Source: Octopus sinensis (lineage: Eukaryota). Taken from it: a DNA stretch of 64,000 nt. The notes beneath the pieces are model-generated. The model did not search any database. It had not been told where the DNA came from and saw nothing but the letters and a program-made list of their open reading frames with translations. Location of the stretch: the NCBI RefSeq assembly GCF_006345805.1, contig NC_043011.1, positions 16,008,464-16,072,463 of the forward strand, in the 5' to 3' direction. How positions within the stretch are numbered: the stretch's first letter is position 1; every line of letters begins with the position of its first letter. Of the stretch, positions 40,747 through 54,622 are shown piece by piece. Both the position numbers and the translations under genes were made by a program.

Positions 40747-41125
40747 CTTACTTACTTGTACTTGTAGCGACAGTCACCCTGGGCGGGTTGAGTTGGCTTC
40801 TTCTACCACCCTCGAGGAATCTCGAACCATGGCAGTGGAAGAAGATTCGTTGGAATATGTGGATTTCACAAGCGGTCCCCAACAATCCTGCATGTAGAGA
40901 GATCCTGTTTGCCGCAGATTGTCCGCAGATGCAGTTACAGAACGACCGGGGAGCCGCCGGTTGCCGAAACAGACACTCCGAGGATTTTCACCAGGTTGTG
41001 GCCCTAATACCACTCAGTGTCAGACCAATCCGCCTTGGGTGACCCTACCAGGAACCGAAGTTCCCGACGGCATAGCTCTGACACTACCCGTTTCCAGAGT
41101 CCCCACTACGGTGAGGAGGGGATGG
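40747..41125 (-). mobile_element. Bipartite non-autonomous RTE derivative (5' UTR joined to 3' end)
   Basis: Minus strand 5' part AGAGCTATGCCGTCGGG...CCTGGTAGGGTCACCCAAGGCGGA resembles RTE 5' UTRs; 3' part encodes AMVRDSSRVVEEANSTRPG* and ends CAAGTACAAGTAAGTAAG. Confidence 0.6.
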
Positions 41126-41653
41126 ACTTTGGTGACAGTGTTAGTATGACACTGAATTTTCTATATATTGCAAGCGAGGATAACTGCTGCCATGCCTAGC
41201 AAAGAGTACTCACCACTGAGGAGATCCAACACAGATCAAAACAACGTGGTCTGGGTGTCGTCAAGCTAGGTTGGCAGGAGTTATCTCTCGCTTGCAATAA
41301 ATAACGGGTGTGGGAAGCTCACTGAATAAATCAGCTGGAGGAGAAGACTTTGTGGAGTTACATGGAAGTATCGTCGTCTCTTAGAATACAGCAGTATTCA
41401 AGTGGCAATAAGCAATACTTTTTGGTTCGTATACGGCTTCGATCTTGAACAGAGTTTTCTCATGGACAAATTTCCTATATTCTTTTATTCTTTTACTTGT
41501 TTCAGTCATCTGACGGTGGCCATGCTGGATCACCGCCTTAAATGATTTTTGATCGAAGAAATCGACCTCAGGATTTATTCTTTGTAAGCGACGTGTTTTT
41601 TATTTCAGCGTACGATCTCAGGTCAAGTCACTTGCTATGCAATTACATCTCCG

Positions 41654-41705
<52 letters not shown>

Positions 41706-41719
41706 TACCTGTGGAACGA

Positions 41720-41795
41720 TCACACTGACGAGCCTACGGACAATTGGATTACATAAGTGATTCATTTGTTAATAGGCGAAACCGGCGGTGTGTGA
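41720..41795 (+). ncRNA. Type I hammerhead-like motif with G at position 17 (probably inactive), next to a (TA)n tract
   Basis: TCACA-CTGACGA-GCCTA...TAGGC-GAAA-CCGGCGG-TG-TGTGA; long well-paired stem II (TGGATTAC-ATAA-GTGATTCA). Confidence 0.75.
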
Positions 41796-42559
41796 GTAAT
41801 TCTTGTTTTTTATATAATTTTCATCTGTCTTGCCCGCATATTGTTCTGGTGTCCGCTGAATTTTCCTCTAGAGAACATTCTTTTCTTTGTAGTTTAATCG
41901 TAGGTGATCTACTTCTAGCATACAGCTGACCACCTAGGGATTTTTGCCCTTTAAATATACACATGTACATATATATGTATAAGGTTTTCGAAATATGTTT
42001 ATAATGATCTATCTTATATTGGCTACCCTGATCAAAGGCTATAACCAGTGTTTAACATTGCACTCATTTTATATCTGCCATTCCTATTTTTAATAGTTAA
42101 GCTTTAGTATCTACATTAACCTTATCATTTTACACCCATTATTTCGGGTCACTGGTTCAAGTGTGTGTTAATTTACTCTTTTACTCCTTTAATTTCCTTT
42201 TTTTTATTCTTCTGAGATCATTCACCTCCTTTATCGCCTTTCATTTTTTTATCTTTATGTGTTTCCCCCCTTTGCACACTTATTCCATTTAGTATTGTAT
42301 TTATAGGCTTCCAGCTTCCAAACACTTCTTTAAATTCGCAAAATGATGATGTAAAGTCTACGATAGTTATTCAACGGGTATGATGTCAAAAGGATATATC
42401 TAAGTTGTCTCATTTTTCTTTCTATATTAACTTAATATTTTCTCTGTATCTATTATCGATTTCTTCTATAACTTTCTACACCTTCCCATCTTAATATTGT
42501 TTCTGTTGGGTTTTTCATTCCATTTACCCTTCGTATTTTTCTACCACTATTAACTCGCA

Positions 42560-43125
42560 ATCTAAGATAGTAGTAACTAGCCAAGTATTAAAGAATTAAG
42601 CTGAGCATGGGAATAAAAGAACAATATCATATTTCAATATCCTGGATACTATCTGACCTAGGAAAAAATGTAAATGTTCCTGAGTGTGATGACCCAATAA
42701 CACACACTAAGACTACTAATGTTTTTATCAGTGTCCCCTCTTTGATTTCTGGCTATCGCATATCCCTTCCTGTCTTCATTCTTTTATCCTTTTCCTCCCC
42801 TCCTCTACGTTTCCCCCTTCCTTTTTATTTTCTCTTTCATGTTATCGTTTTTTCCAGATCATCGCCTCTTTTACCCATTTTATCTGTATCTCTCCTCCAC
42901 TCACATTATACGTATTCTATTCACTCTCTTTCCCACGTGTGAATCGTTCCTTTATCGCTGTTCTGCTTTGTTTTTCATCAAAATATTCCGACTCAGATGA
43001 GTATATCATTAGCACTTCAAGGTTCTTCAATTTGTCTCAACCGCTCAAAGGACCGATCGAAACTATAAGGATTATCGGAAACAGCTTTAAGTCGAATTTA
43101 CTACAATAAAAGAGTATGTAATGAC
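42560..43125 (+). mobile_element. Possible highly decayed Penelope-like element 3' end with degenerate hammerhead (about 42989-43094)
   Basis: KELS*AWE*KNNIIFQ/ISWIL resembles the GIY-YIG C-terminal motif at 55593-55937; CGACT-CAGATGA...GAAA-CAGCTT-TA-AGTCG. Confidence 0.4.
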
Positions 43126-43183
43126 CATTATTTATACGTTATTATCTCTCTCTCTCTTTCTTTCCATCTCTCTCTCTCTCTCT

Positions 43184-43238
<55 letters not shown>

Positions 43239-43436
43239 TTATTTGAGGGAATATTAATCCTAACTGACTTATAAATCTACCAATTATATACGTTTATTAT
43301 TATTATTATTATTTTGCAATTTATTTAATCATCGGTATTTTATTGTTATTTTAATTTTAATATTTCTATTATATGTAATTTTCTAGATGGTGTAATTTAA
43401 TTTTTCATATTGAATTGATAAAAGGTGTTTTTTCTA

Positions 43437-43503
<67 letters not shown>

Positions 43504-43561
43504 GTAGTGATCCGTGATAGAAAATTCAACAAAAAAGTACTCCATCTGGTTAGAGATAAAC

Positions 43562-44094
43562 ATTATTTATCTTAAGGTCACAATACATGTATTAAAGTAA
43601 TAGTCTCATGTGTTGAGAAAATTCAAACATATTCTTTAGGCGCAAACCACATATCATAGCAGACTAAGTAAATTGAATAATAGAATTAACACGAAAAAAA
43701 CTGTCAAGGCAACATATAGAAAACGCAGACAGTAAACAGCGGAAAACGAAAAACAGAGACTGCAATGTAAAAAGTAAAAAGTAAAAATGTGAAAGAGCTC
43801 TCCCCCTTAGACTTCGTCTTTTAAATTCTAGGGAGGATAGCTCTTTTACCTTTCTACTGTTTATATTTTACGTTGTAGTTTCTGGTTATCGTTCTCCGTT
43901 TTCTGTTTCCCATTGTTTACACTCTGCGTTTTCTATATGCTGCCTTCTCAGTTTTTTCGCGTTTCTTCTATTATTCAATTTCTTTAGATCGTTATGACAT
44001 GTAGTGTGTGCCTGAAGAATACGTTTGAGTTTTCTCAACATATGAATCTATTCGTAGCTCGTTAACACATATATTGTGCCATTTAAATAAATAA
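43562..44094. repeat. ~530-bp imperfect inverted repeat (fold-back element) between TA tracts
   Basis: Arms about 43562-43810 and 43827-44094 are reverse complements, e.g. CATATAGAAAACGCAGA / TCTGCGTTTTCTATATG and AAATTGAATAATAGAA / TTCTATTATTCAATTT. Confidence 0.9.
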
Positions 44095-44097
44095 TAT

Positions 44098-44131
<34 letters not shown>

Positions 44132-47100
44132 AGCAACAATGCTAATTCTAAAATCTCCCTAAGAGATCAACGCAATTGTACTAACAGGTAATATTCGTAG
44201 CCACTTCAATATGGTTGTCCTTTCGAACGAGCTGTACTGTAATTTTTAACCCCAAGAGGACATCTCTCCTAGATAGATAACGATGCAGAGCTGCAACCGA
44301 TAAATTACGAGCAAGAGAGTTGACTCCTACCATCTTCTGGCGATGCGACCCTCTGTAATATTGTAGATATCAGGTTAGTAAAAATGTTTATATATTATGA
44401 AAGAGCTATTCACTCGACAGATTCACTGTGCCGTTGTCAAACAATTTCCAACCGAGATTGCATGATAGCAGAGGAAGTTGTCAAAATCAGTGAAAGAATC
44501 TCCACACCTTGGAAAGCTTTGTAAAATGCCGTGGCTCCAGGTAATAGAATATTGTACCGGATGTTTTTCTTTCATCGTTTTATTTCTAGCCCAGCTACAA
44601 AAGTTGAAATTGCTAGACTGTTGTCATCAACTTTGAAGCTGTAGAGATGAAGGTAATTTATTTCTTGTTAACCTCGTTTAAAAGAAATGCAAACGAAATG
44701 GCGAGAATTCTAACACTCTACTATTGTTGCATGAATACATTTTATTGGATGGCCAGTGATTCCCATATGATCACCCACTGTTTTGCAGGTTGTGTAGTCC
44801 ATACTGCGGAATATCGTAAATCTCTCTTCTCATTTAGCTAGCTTGATGGCAATATAATTTAGCCGCCAGCAACCTGACTATGCAACAGATTTTATTGTGT
44901 TACATGTTCCGAGTAGCTATAACATGTGACTTATTACCCTTTTACATTTAACTGTATTGCTAAATTTAATTTGTAGGACATATGATTTAGTGATTTTAAA
45001 GATAACTGCTTTTAAATCCCCTGGGAAACTAACTTGTGCATAAAACTCATCAAGTTATTTAATGTCACACCTTTTTACAAAACCACCATTGTGTTAATTT
45101 AGAGTGAATATTTGTAGAATATTTGAATATTTGTGTCCACTCGAGGGACTCTTATTTACAATTTACATGAATTTACAACCTGTTAAGTTGTAGCAGAGCC
45201 ACCTTTATGCAATACTGCAATCGAGCTCCCCACGAAACATGAATAGGTGTCTCTCTTCAAATAGTACTAAACAATAAATTACTACTTTTTATCTCTTTCT
45301 TGAGATGTTTCTAATCGAATATTGATTCGTTCTGGTATAATGTTACAAGATACAAATGTATATCAATGTTAAAGAACATATAGCATTTCCGCTTTTAGCT
45401 AAGTTTTCACTCCATCAAACTTTCAAATAGAAAGCGTTTAATTTCCCGGATAATTTAATAGTGTTTTAAATTGTATTATTTGCGAAAACTAATAAACTAC
45501 AACTCGGAATATATTAATTAAGTTACTAATGAAAATGTATTAAAGGGGAGGAAAAGTAACAAGATACAAGCAATTTAATGATTCAAAATTATGTAAACTG
45601 TATAGAGAGAATTTCCGATAGAGAAGCATTTCAGCGAAGCGAATTGACTTCAATATGCCTGCTTTGGAAATAAATGGTTGAACGGAAATTAAGGACAATC
45701 ACTTGGTACATTTCCAATTCCTTTGAATATATTAATTTGCAAATAGGTAATTACTTCTCAAATAAACATGTTATCTTCTTTCACCAAAATTTTTCAACAA
45801 TAGTTCAGTATGCATTTTTAAACTTATAGTTGTCGGGGCAGTTTTGTTGACTCTTAACTAGCATTGTTCGCGTTTTCCAGTGAATATAAATTCGTATTTG
45901 CAGTCTTTTGTGTCAAGCATCAGAGAGTAATAAATAGCTAAGCTATTATTCAGTACAGCAAGCACAACAGTTTATGAATTCTGGTCAGAAGCTATTTCAT
46001 TTACGTGGAAAAGAAATAATTTCTAACCAACTAGTTTCCGCATGAAAAGGAACTGAATAACTGACCCTCAGTATTTTATGATAGGAAACTCTCATATAAC
46101 GGGTACGATTATTAAAATATCAGCTATATGCGCGTCGGATGCAAAGGATCATGTATTTGGTTACTTTTTCTGCTTCAATTGCTGCGTTATCTCATAAAAA
46201 TACTCAACCGTCTTAAAGAAAACGGAAGACCTGTTAGATAAAATAGCCTTAAGATATCGTAAATAACAGTGGGTGAAAGGTAAAAATCCTTTATTGTATT
46301 ATCAGTTTACTTCTTTCAGCCACGGTGAGACACAGTCTTGATCGTTTTTAGTCGATCAAATATTGCTGAGTCCTTATTTTAAACTTTGTACATATTTCTA
46401 CTGGTGTCTTTTGCTGAATCGCTAGTGTTCATAAGCATATTACACCGGTTTTGACACAGTGAGAGACAAGCCCAAATATGTATACACGCATATATATGAA
46501 TGCATCAATGAAACGATTTTCTGTACAGCTTTCTTCTATCAGATTTACTCAAAATATGTTGGTCAGCATAGGGCTTTGGTGCAACCCTTGCTCAAGGGGT
46601 CGCGCAATGGACTTAAACTTGAAACTAGTTAGTTACGCAGTCAATGCCTTAGTGACGCCGCCACGTTCGTAATTATAGGTTATAACAATCTTCAGTATAT
46701 TTGAATCCATCTTCTTAGAACTATAGGTAAATAATAAGGCATTTACAGAATTATATGAATTATAGTTGCAAACACTTTCGCTGCTATATAAACGAAAAAA
46801 GAAAAAAAGAATAAGCTAACGGTTAAAATATAGATTTTCGCTTATTCGTCATGAGTGCTAAATTGAAATCAAATTATCAAAAAGTCTTCAGTAATCAGTA
46901 AAACAATATAATGGCGGTGGGGTTAAAATAGTTATGGACCTTCTTTATTTTATGTCACGTAACTTTCATATAAAGATATGAGTATTAGAACATCGGGTAT
47001 ATTTGCACTGGTTTTACAAGGAGAAAAACAAAAAATGGAAAAATAAAAAAAAAACCGATACACGAAAGACAGATAAGCCTATATATTTTCTCGTAGAATC

Positions 47101-47487
47101 AGTGCTGCTTGCCACTGCAGGATCTAAGGATGATGATCGACTGACTCTGAAAAAGATGTGAAGTCCAGTTGATAGTTGATGGAGATAAAAACACCGCAGT
47201 GGAAGCTGCACGTAAAATATATGAAAAAGCATTTTATTATATAGGAATAGAAATTGCCGAATGTAGCAATACTAAGAAATACAGATTCGTGATAATATTC
47301 TCAATAAGATATATTTTACGACACAATAAGTCTTTGTAATATATCTATAGTCTATGTTATACAAAAATGAAAAATATAAGGAAAGTTAACGTATACAATT
47401 GAGATATTACCGATAATAGTCACTCGTCTTAATAATGATCGTGTAATCATTTAGTCATCCAAATTTAAAATAGAATGAAATATTGAT

Positions 47488-47891
47488 TACTCTTTTACTC
47501 TTTTACTTGTTTCAGTCATTTGACTGCGGCCATGCTGGAGCACCGCCTTTAATCGATCAAATCGACCCCAGGACCTATTCTTTGTAAGCCCAGTACTTAT
47601 TCTATCGGTCTCTTTTGCCGAACCGCTAAGTGACGGGGACGTAAACACACCAGCATCGGTTGTCATGCAATGCTAGGGGGCCAAACACAGACACACAAAC
47701 ACACACACATACATATATATATATACATATATACGACAGGCTTCTTTCAGTTTCCGTCTACCAAATCCACTCACAAGGCATTGGTCGGCCCGGGGCTATA
47801 GCAGAAGACACTTGCCCAAGATGCCACGCAGTGGGACTGAACCCGGAACCATGTGGTTGGTTAGCAAGCTACTTACCACACAGCCACTCCT
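47488..47891 (-). mobile_element. SINE family A, young near full-length copy
   Basis: Almost identical to 361-755 plus an additional internal segment. Confidence 0.9.
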
Positions 47892-48714
47892 TCTACAAAA
47901 TCATTAATAATACGTACACGTAAAACCGTATATTTACATACACTTACCATTACACATATACGTTGTATTTTTAGTGTATTATTCTATACTCACAGTTTAC
48001 TGGACGTACTGCCATTTCATTGTATTCTACAATGATTACGATAAATTTAGTTGAGTTCCGGTTCTACCTGTTATTAATATATGTGACGTGAAATACTTGC
48101 GTCGTAGTATACATATATGGTCTAAATACACCCACCTTACTCCCTCAGTTTACAAGGAGTGAAGGATGCCTTTTAACTTCACACAACTCTGAGCAATTCC
48201 TCGAAAATAATGCACCAGCCAGTCATATCTGAGCGGAGACAGGCAAAACCATTTTGTCTGCGAAACCATTTTTTCTGAAACAGTACATGAAGCGGTCAAA
48301 CTCAAGAATCACACATGACTGGCTGGAGTTTGGATAGTTGGAGACTGGAAAATTATGAAGTAAGATGAATTCTGCTCCCTTTCGTACATGGCTTCTTAGA
48401 CTACATATTTGGGATAGAACACCATGTTATATTGGTGTAACCTCACCATTCAGATGCTGTTGCTATGTAAATAGACTGCATCTCCGCTACCTCAGACTGC
48501 ATGTGTTTTTAATAAAGCCAAACTGCATTGGAAATTAACAATTTCCCTATCTCAATAACAATCCGTAAAAATTATAAAGTGCTTCACTAACACTTCTTTG
48601 ATGAGAAAACAACGCATTACATTAGCATCTCACTATATAACACATCATCACACAGTTCGCACGATGAATTACATAGATATTCCGAAACATAATAGATTCT
48701 AAATATTCATACAA

Positions 48715-48945
48715 GGCGGCGAGCTGGCAGAAACGTTAGCACGCCGGGCGAAATGCGTAGCCGTGTTTCGTCTGCCGTTACGTTCTGAGATCAAATTCCG
48801 TCGAGGTCGACTTTGCCTTTCATCCTTTCGGGGTCGATAAATTAAGTACCAGTTACGCACTGGGATCGAAATCATCGACTTAATCCGTTTGTCTGTCCTT
48901 GTTAGTCCCCTTTGTGTATAGCCCCTTGTGGGTAGTAAAGAAATA
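48715..48945 (+). mobile_element. SINE family B, full length, with TSD
   Basis: GGCGGCGAGCTGGCAGAAACGTTAG...GTAGTAAAGAAATA; TAAATATTCAT on both flanks. Confidence 0.9.
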
Positions 48946-49552
48946 AATATTCATGTGATACTTCCGTATGTAATATGTAAAAATTTGTGTTTAACTAAGT
49001 GCACATACAGGTATATGTAAATACATATATGTGCGTGCGTGCGTTTGTGTGAGTGAACTTGTGTCTGTGCATGTGTGTGCATACATGTGTGCGTGTATGT
49101 AAGCGATCATTATTCGATGACTTGATTAGTCTTATATAATCCAATGACATTCCAGTTCATGTCTTTTATTTCATAGCTTCATGGTTTAAGAGGTTTTCAT
49201 ATTTTTTTCTATAACATTAGTGCAACTCTGTAAAACAAATGGATTAAGGCAACGTGAAGTAATGCCTGCTAATCGAAAACGCAACAAGGTATCTAAAAAA
49301 CTATCCAGCGCACCAGAAAAAATCTATGCCTTCCAATAATTGCTCTGCGGTGCGATATATAAGTTCCGATATCAATTTTGTTATCAATCAACACATGATT
49401 CAAACAGCTTTACGGAACACGAGATCAATTGATTCGATCGATGTTTGAATAATAATAAAATACCTGTGGCAAATATATTATGTTTAACGAGCTGCGACAT
49501 TGAACACCAACTGCAATATAAGGTAAAGAATATATAATATTTTAACGATATA

Positions 49553-49886
49553 GAAGCATGGCTCAGTGGTTTAGAGCGTCGAGCTTACGATCGTGAGATT
49601 GTGAGCTCGAATCCCGGAACGGGCTGCGTGTTGTTTTCTTGAGCAAGACACGTTATTTCACGTTGCTCCAGTTAACTCACCTGTAGAAATGAGTTGCAGC
49701 GTCACATGTGCCAAGCTGTATTGGCGTTTGCCTTTCCCTTGGATAACACTGGTGCCGTAAGGAGGGGAGGCCGGTATTCGTGGGCGACTGCCGGTCTTCC
49801 ATAAACCACCTTGCCCAGGCTTGTGCCTGTGAGGGTAACTTTCTAGTCGCAATCCCATGGTCAGTGTCGTGACCGAAGGGGGTCCG
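49553..49886 (+). mobile_element. tRNA-derived SINE family C, full length
   Basis: A-box TGGCTCAGTGG, B-box GCTCGAATCCC, CORE-like TTGAGCAAGACAC...CACCTGTAGAAATGAG. Confidence 0.85.
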
Positions 49887-50893
49887 ACCCGATTGAAGCA
49901 AAAACTAGTTATTTTTGGCCCAGTACATATTTTCATAGGCATAATTTCCTGGATCAGGTAACCGTAAGTGATATGCTCTGTCCACCTGTATAGGTATTGC
50001 CTGGCATTTATTGGGATGTCAGACGTGAATATTCTTATATAACTTAACGACAACCCGATTTATAAAGTATGTTATATGCATCAACATTTACATCATTTAG
50101 GGTCTTTTAGTTACTAAAATAAAGAAGGAAGAATACAAATTGATTCTTGTTAATTGTAGGAAATACTTTTCCTACGAGTACAACATTGTTTGTAAGATAT
50201 CTGTTTGAATAATTACACTCAAAATAGTCAATTTATTCAACCAATTTAATGCAAATTAATCTCAACGATTTAATGGTGAAATGTTAATATGGGATTGTTC
50301 TCATATGTTAGGCTCTACAATGTGTAGAACGAAAGTTATCCAAATAAAATACACAATGAACATCGATTTGTCTGAGTTAAATTACGTTACTCTCATTAAT
50401 AAGGCTGCACGTCACTTGCTTGCTGAAATATTTCTTCTTTTACTTCCCAGCAGTTTGCATCTATTTGAATTTCTCTTGTGTCAAATACTGACTAAGAGCA
50501 AAAACGATTCTGACTGTTATGCCTCAGCTGGAATAATAAAACCTAACAAGGACATGTCTATTCATTGCACTACATCTAAAAATTTCACATTAATCACGCA
50601 GTTATTCTAACTTATTCATATGCTTAAACGTCACAAGATCAATATCTCTTCTGTTACGTTTGACTATATCGATTGCTATACGTATTTTAAACGGCTGCAG
50701 TTTAAGCATTTACCTTTTGCTTTTTTAATTTCTCTTTTTGAGGTAGAGAAACATTTTTGATCAGAGCTATTCATCCTTCAGTTCAATATGTAAGCATAGT
50801 TTCCAGTCTTAAATTCAGCAATGTTACGTTGCGAATAACCTCGGTTATTAAATTGTGTTGGATCTACTTTCTTAGTCTACTTCAAGGTTAAGT

Positions 50894-51191
50894 GGAGGCA
50901 CATCACCTAGCGGTTAGAGCAGTGGACTCACGGTCGAGGGATCGTGGGTTCGAATCTCAGACTCAGGCAATGTGTGTGTTTATGAGCGAAACACCTAAGC
51001 TCCATGCAGCTCCGGCAGAAGGTAATGGCAAAACTTCTGCTGACTCTTTCGCCACAACTTTCTCTCACTCTTTCCTCCTGCACCTTGCAGCTCACCTGCG
51101 ACGGACCGGCGTCCCGTCCAGGTGGGGGAACCTATCCACCAAGAAACCGGCCCTTATGAGCCAGGCATGGCTTGAGAAGGAACAAACAACA
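50894..51191 (+). mobile_element. tRNA-derived SINE family D2 with 14-bp TSD
   Basis: B-box GGTTCGAATCTC; (AAC)n tail; ACTTCAAGG(T/C)TAAG on both flanks. Confidence 0.85.
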
Positions 51192-51814
51192 ACTTCAAGG
51201 CTAAGATACAATTATATTGCTTGGTGGATATAATGTGAAAAAACTAACATAAATTAAATTCAGTATTATAAAGTAAGTGATATGTAAAGATCCATGATCT
51301 CATATAATTTATACTGCAGAATATAACTAAATGATTCATTGATATGCTATGCGAAACAAGCTATGCTATGCTTCTTTCCAATATACGCTGACATATATCA
51401 ATAATTGCATTGAATATGGATTTATGACAATGAACGTTAGTTGATCCACTTCAAATAAGCTGTTTGACGAGTTGTTTAATTCAACAATATTTAAACTCCT
51501 TGTCGAACACAAGATATTCAAGCAGCTTCACGGAACACGAGATCAATTGATTCGACCGATGTTTGAATAATAATAAAATACTTATGGCAAATATATTTGG
51601 TTTAACAAGCTGCGACGAGGTTTCGCAGAGGATGATCTAAAAGATACTGAAATATGAAGTTCACAACGTAGGACCTTTGTAGAGTATTGTACACGTAAAA
51701 TTCATATACATATTTATTTTATATTTTGATATAGCATATGTTGATCAAGAACTCATCATAATGCATTTTCATGGCATCAATGTTTATAATCATACTTAAT
51801 TTCATCACATTTTT

Positions 51815-52179
51815 CGAACCCGGTAATTAAGGGATTATTAAGAACGAGAAAAACGCCCCCCGTTCAATGGGCGGTGCTGAGTTGTCAAACATTTAAACCA
51901 TACTTTCTCAAAACAACTTGTCAGACCGTCCCATCGGTCTCCCCTTTGAGAAACACTGATCGCAACAGCTGATGTACTTGCGCGTAGAAATGCACGTTCT
52001 CACGGCTTTTTCGACCGCATTCTCACCTGGAATCGATTTGTAAAATATTTTCAAGACTTATACACGCCCTGATACCGTCGGTATTTACTTATCAAATTTG
52101 AGCGCAATCGGATGGAGGATGCCCGAGATCCTAGAAGACACGCACACAGACAGACAGAACGGATTTTATATAATAGATA
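51815..52179 (-). mobile_element. Non-autonomous Helitron-like element
   Basis: Minus strand starts ATCTATTATATAAAATCCGTTCTGTCTGTCTGTG...CCGATTGCGCTCAAATTTG, similar in layout to the Helitron 5' end at 23796. Confidence 0.6.
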
Positions 52180-53187
52180 AATGTAAATGCGAAGATGTCA
52201 AATTGTCCATATCTCTATATAGAGGCGGGTAAAATGAGTTGTATTGTCTTCAAATATATTTTGTTCCTTGAACAAATCCGTATTCGGAACTCGGCTTCAC
52301 GGCTTCTCTTTCCATGTTTGATATAAACAAGTACCAGTCGAATTACGGGAGTAAATTTAACATGTCAAATGCCAAACATTACTGATTTTAAATCCATATA
52401 AGGTAATGGTTTCGAATTTCTGATTCAAGGTCAGTAATTTGGAGGGAGGGTATAAGTTAATTCAATTACATAGATCCAGGGTCTTAACTGGTATTTTATC
52501 GAATCGATCTCGAAAGATAAAGCCGACATCAGGGCGTAAAGATGGATGAAATACCGGTAAGTATTTTGCCTGTTCAATGTATATTAGGTGTTAATTAATA
52601 TAAGTTACGAAGGCTAATACTAATTTCAAAACGTCCGTTAATATAAAGCAAGGATGTATATACACATACACACACACACACATAAACACACAAACACGCA
52701 CTCATATATATACATTTATATTTATATGTATGTATGGATATGTGTTTGTGTGTGTGTCTATCTCCGGAGCTTAATGTTGCGTCTAATGATACTATACTCT
52801 AGGTCTAGTTCTTCTGATATGCTAGAGAATAACACTAATAACTCGGTAGAGTGACTTAAAATTAGACCTTTACTTCAAGAAAACTTAACTTAACACTGAT
52901 AATTACAAAGCAATGTTTAACAACTTCTCAGAGTAATAAATGTTTCTCTAGTTCATAGTGTGTATATAAAGGCTGTAAAAATATGCACTCACTGACAATG
53001 ATTATTTAGTTTTTCTATTATTCTGAGTATTTGTCCATTGAATTAACATACATGTGGCTGAATATTCCATAGGTATGTGTAACATAGATTTAATTGTCAA
53101 GCAGAAACAGCAGGATGATCGAAATAGGGCTTATCTGGTTAGCGGGAAGATTTTTTAAATATGAACCCATTATTTGCCTAATATATA

Positions 53188-53417
53188 TTTTTTTACTACC
53201 CACAAGGGGCTAAACATAGAGGGGACAAACAAGGTCAGAGAAACGGATTAAGTCGATTACATCGACCCCAGTGCGTAACTGGTACTTATTTAATCGACCT
53301 CGAAAGGATGAAAGGCAAAGTCGACCTCGGCGGAATTTGAACTCAGAACGTAACGGCAGACGAAATACGGATACGTATTTCGCCCGGCGTGCTAACGTAT
53401 CTTCCAGCTCGCCGCCT
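53188..53417 (-). mobile_element. SINE family B, full length, with TSD
   Basis: Matches 48715-48945; CCCATTATTT..CTAAT on both flanks. Confidence 0.9.
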
Positions 53418-54232
53418 TCCCATTATTTACTAATGTAAATGAGCGCAGAGGCGTACATAAGCACACATCCATTTCGCAACTTCTATCAATAAATATCCAA
53501 AGGCATGTACATCTGTTTCTGTTTCAATTTACGCAAAATTTTCTATATAATTTTATAATAAATATTTATGCATTTCATGAGGTGAAATCAGTGCAATCGC
53601 GAAGTTAATGGCTAACTTGAACTTGTAATTCCATACAAAACAGATACAATAAGCAGATTGGGATCGGTCGCTATTGCAAATATCAATTCAGTTATTGTAG
53701 AGCATTATTGATCCTGACAAGACAGATATACATAAGCAGGACACCCGCAAACACAAACACACACGCTTACGCATGTAGACACACTCTCTCTCACACACAC
53801 ACAGGCGTGTATGTGTCTGTGTCTGTGTATGCGTCTGCGTGCGTACGTTTAGATGCATATAATACTGCTAGAACTGTTTACTTTGTCTCTTCTGAAAATA
53901 TAAAGGTAGGTTTGCCTCAGCGTGTGCACACATCCAGTACGCAGTTATTGATATATTTGATTGTAGCAACCTTATATTATTACACCTTAATCACTTGAAA
54001 CATTATCGGCCTCTAACTTCCTAAATCAAGAGTAAACTGACAGGGCTATAACGCAATTATTGACCATATTGTTCGCTATGAAATTCATATATTGGTTTTT
54101 CGTTGTTTGCTTTGCTGTTTCTATTTTGTTCCGATCTTCCCCCGACTCATTAATTGCTGTTATGTGTTGATTTTGTTGTGTCAATTATATACATATACAT
54201 ACAATATATATGTACGTATGTATGTATGTATG

Positions 54233-54286
<54 letters not shown>

Positions 54287-54404
54287 GCACACACACACTC
54301 AAACACACACAGAGACACAAACACACACATATATACATATATATATACGTATATGAATACATATATATGTTTATATCTACCTATTATGTATATATATGCA
54401 TATA

Positions 54405-54448
<44 letters not shown>

Positions 54449-54534
54449 TATATATATATATGTATAATATATATATATATATATATATGTACATATATAT
54501 ATATATATATGTACATATATATATATATATGTAC

Positions 54535-54569
<35 letters not shown>

Positions 54570-54580
54570 ATATATATATT

Positions 54581-54622
<42 letters not shown>

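Noticed and set aside
44400-44900. Complex-looking unique sequence as a possible exon
   Set aside because: Frames I translated are interrupted by stops and show no recognisable motif
49553-49625. tRNA gene calls at SINE heads (also about 21220-21288 and 50894-50965)
   Set aside because: A/B boxes present but acceptor stems incomplete, and they continue into SINE bodies
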